From: Candidatus Peribacteria bacterium
Lineage (GTDB): Bacteria; Patescibacteriota; Gracilibacteria; BD1-5; UBA2023
NCBI GenBank assembly: GCA_040383945.1
Contig: JBEICN010000001.1
Span: 1-61,988, forward strand
DNA: 61,988 nt
Direction: 5' to 3'
A program made the position numbers and the translations under genes. Shown piece by piece: positions 60,554-61,988 of the stretch (its first letter is position 1; every line of letters starts with the position of its first letter). The notes under the pieces are model-generated. The model made no database searches and was not told the DNA's origin. It saw only the letters and a list, made by a program, of their open reading frames with translations.

Positions 60554-61289
60554 ACTCTGATTTTTTGATTCTGGAATCGGCGGACTCCAAGTGATGCAGG
60601 AATTTCGCAAATTATTTCCAGAACTCGACATGGAATATTTTTGAGACTCAAAGCATTGTCCATACGGAGATCGCCCTTCTCCAGAAATTAAAAGTTTGGT
60701 AATTTCGGGGGTAGAATCATTGATCGACCGAGGGTGCACGATCATCATTCTTGCTTGTAATACAGCGGTTGCACAAACCATTCGATACCTACAAGAAGAG
60801 AAATATCCGAAGGGGAGCTCTATAAAAATTCTATGAGTCACTCTTCCCGGAGTTGAAAAAGTGATCGAGTCCAAGTGGAAACGAGTGGGGGTTCTCGCAA
60901 CACAATCTACCATACGCAATGGGGCCTATCGTGACAGAATACATAAACTCAACCGTACCATAGATGTCACAGAAGTTGCTATTCCTGGTCTTGTGAATCT
61001 TATCGAAGATCCACAGCGTGATCATCTTGCGATTGAGAGAATGCTCACAGAAGCTCTCATAAAATTCCAAAGCAACACGGAAGCCATGGTACTATGATGC
61101 ACACACTATCCTATTGTGGAAAGAGAAATCACTGCCATTTGGAAAAGTATTCACAAAACAGACATCGAAATCGTAGATCCCGGCAAAGAAGCTGCCTTGC
61201 GTTTTGGTGACTATTTGAAACGGCATTCAGAATTTCAGCTCTCCAAATGAGGAGCTACTTGCGTATTTTTTACGTGTTCCAAAACTTAG
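60546..61289 (+). CDS. murI: glutamate racemase
   Basis: MGKL[TGA]FFDSGIGGL, YF[TGA]DSKHCPYG, ILACNTA, and L[TGA]CTHYP. The start overlaps the HAD gene by 8 nt. Stop TAG at 61287-61289. Confidence 0.85.
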
Positions 61290-61867
61290 TACTCCTTTAG
61301 TCGGTCTTCTAGCTCTGTAAGTAATTGCATTTTTTTGAATGCTTCGACTTCTTTCTGAACATCTGCTCGCTCGTACATTTTGAGTAGATAGTCAAATCGT
61401 ATGGAAGCAGGTTGCAAATAGGATTTGTTATACAGATCAAAATACGAAGGAGTTATTACATCACGCGTGGTAAAGCGCACTCCTCACTTCTTCGATTTGA
61501 GAGGCAGAATAAATCCATGGCTAGAATCCCAATATTTCGCGATCCAAAGGTCCGAGTCTGACTCTTTTTCTAGTCCTTCCATTTCTCTCTCAGGAGACAT
61601 GGATTTTCTCCAGCCTTCGGTTGGAAAAAATAAATGATTCAAAATGCTTTGCTCAGAGAGCTTAATCTCTGCCAAAAAAATCTTGATAAAAAATTTTAAG
61701 TTTTTGATATCAAATCCCTTGAGAATACGAGCTGCCGCTGATAGAAATTTTTTTAACTCATACACTTCCGTTTTATTGAAACCGTTTTCCATGCCACCAA
61801 CATACTGGAATTGCATTTCGATCATCCCGGTTGTCACCACACCCGAGCCGTTTTCCTTGTAACTCAC
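61286..61867 (-). CDS. hypothetical protein
   Basis: ORFs 61484..61867 and 61286..61480 are in frame over one TGA. GTG start (there is no upstream ATG before the in-frame TAA at 61949-61951). Stop TAA overlaps the murI end by 4 nt. Confidence 0.4.
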
Positions 61868-61948
61868 CGGTCCAGTAATATATCCATTTTTCAGGTACTT
61901 ATTGGTGGCATTTTTTAAAGGACCATCTTGAAGTAGCCGAATACCTCT

Positions 61949-61988
61949 TTAGCGGATAACATCAATACTCAGAAGTGCTCACATTTGC
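61949..61988 (-). CDS. C-terminal fragment of an unidentified gene running off the right edge
   Basis: An open frame ends at TAA 61949-61951. Only 12 codons are visible. Confidence 0.15.

Overview
This 62 kb window looks like a candidate-phyla-radiation (Patescibacteria) chromosome that reads UGA as glycine (translation table 25, Gracilibacteria / Absconditabacteria-SR1 type). In the standard-code ORF track almost every conserved gene is cut into same-frame pieces at TGA. The TGA codons fall on invariant Gly positions of EF-G, RecA, UvrB, FtsH, LysRS, RNase HII and MurI. Every stop codon I checked by hand is TAA or TAG. All CDS coordinates below were therefore re-assembled by hand with TGA=Gly. 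The core content is housekeeping: ftsH, der, a phosphohexomutase, ruvC, a short alaS, fusA, lysS, uvrB, rsmA, hsp20, pilC/gspF, prfA, recA, dnaJ, a rumA-like methyltransferase, rnhB, a two-component pair, groEL/groES, secD, murI, and four tRNAs. Between these lie many ORFans. Points worth a second look: (1) three giant ORFans, of 1418 aa (+ strand) and 1263 aa + 942 aa (tandem on the - strand), with no domain I can name. The tandem pair carries Gly/Ala-rich hydrophobic blocks, a peptidoglycan-binding-like motif and an internal tandem repeat. (2) a visibly G+C-richer ~1.7 kb islet with a KilA-N gene, inserted at the 3' end of the initiator-type tRNA-Met and flanked by a 10 bp direct repeat. (3) a noncoding cluster next to tRNA-Leu, with a ~150 nt GC-rich structured RNA candidate of unknown class and an orphan terminator. 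(4) groES and groEL are separated by an opposite-strand membrane ORF that has a Shine-Dalgarno sequence and ends in TGA directly before a strong hairpin. (5) the same CIRCE-like inverted repeat lies upstream of groES and dnaJ. I saw no rRNA, CRISPR array, transposase or integrase. All calls come from reading the sequence and recalling family motifs; no database search was run.
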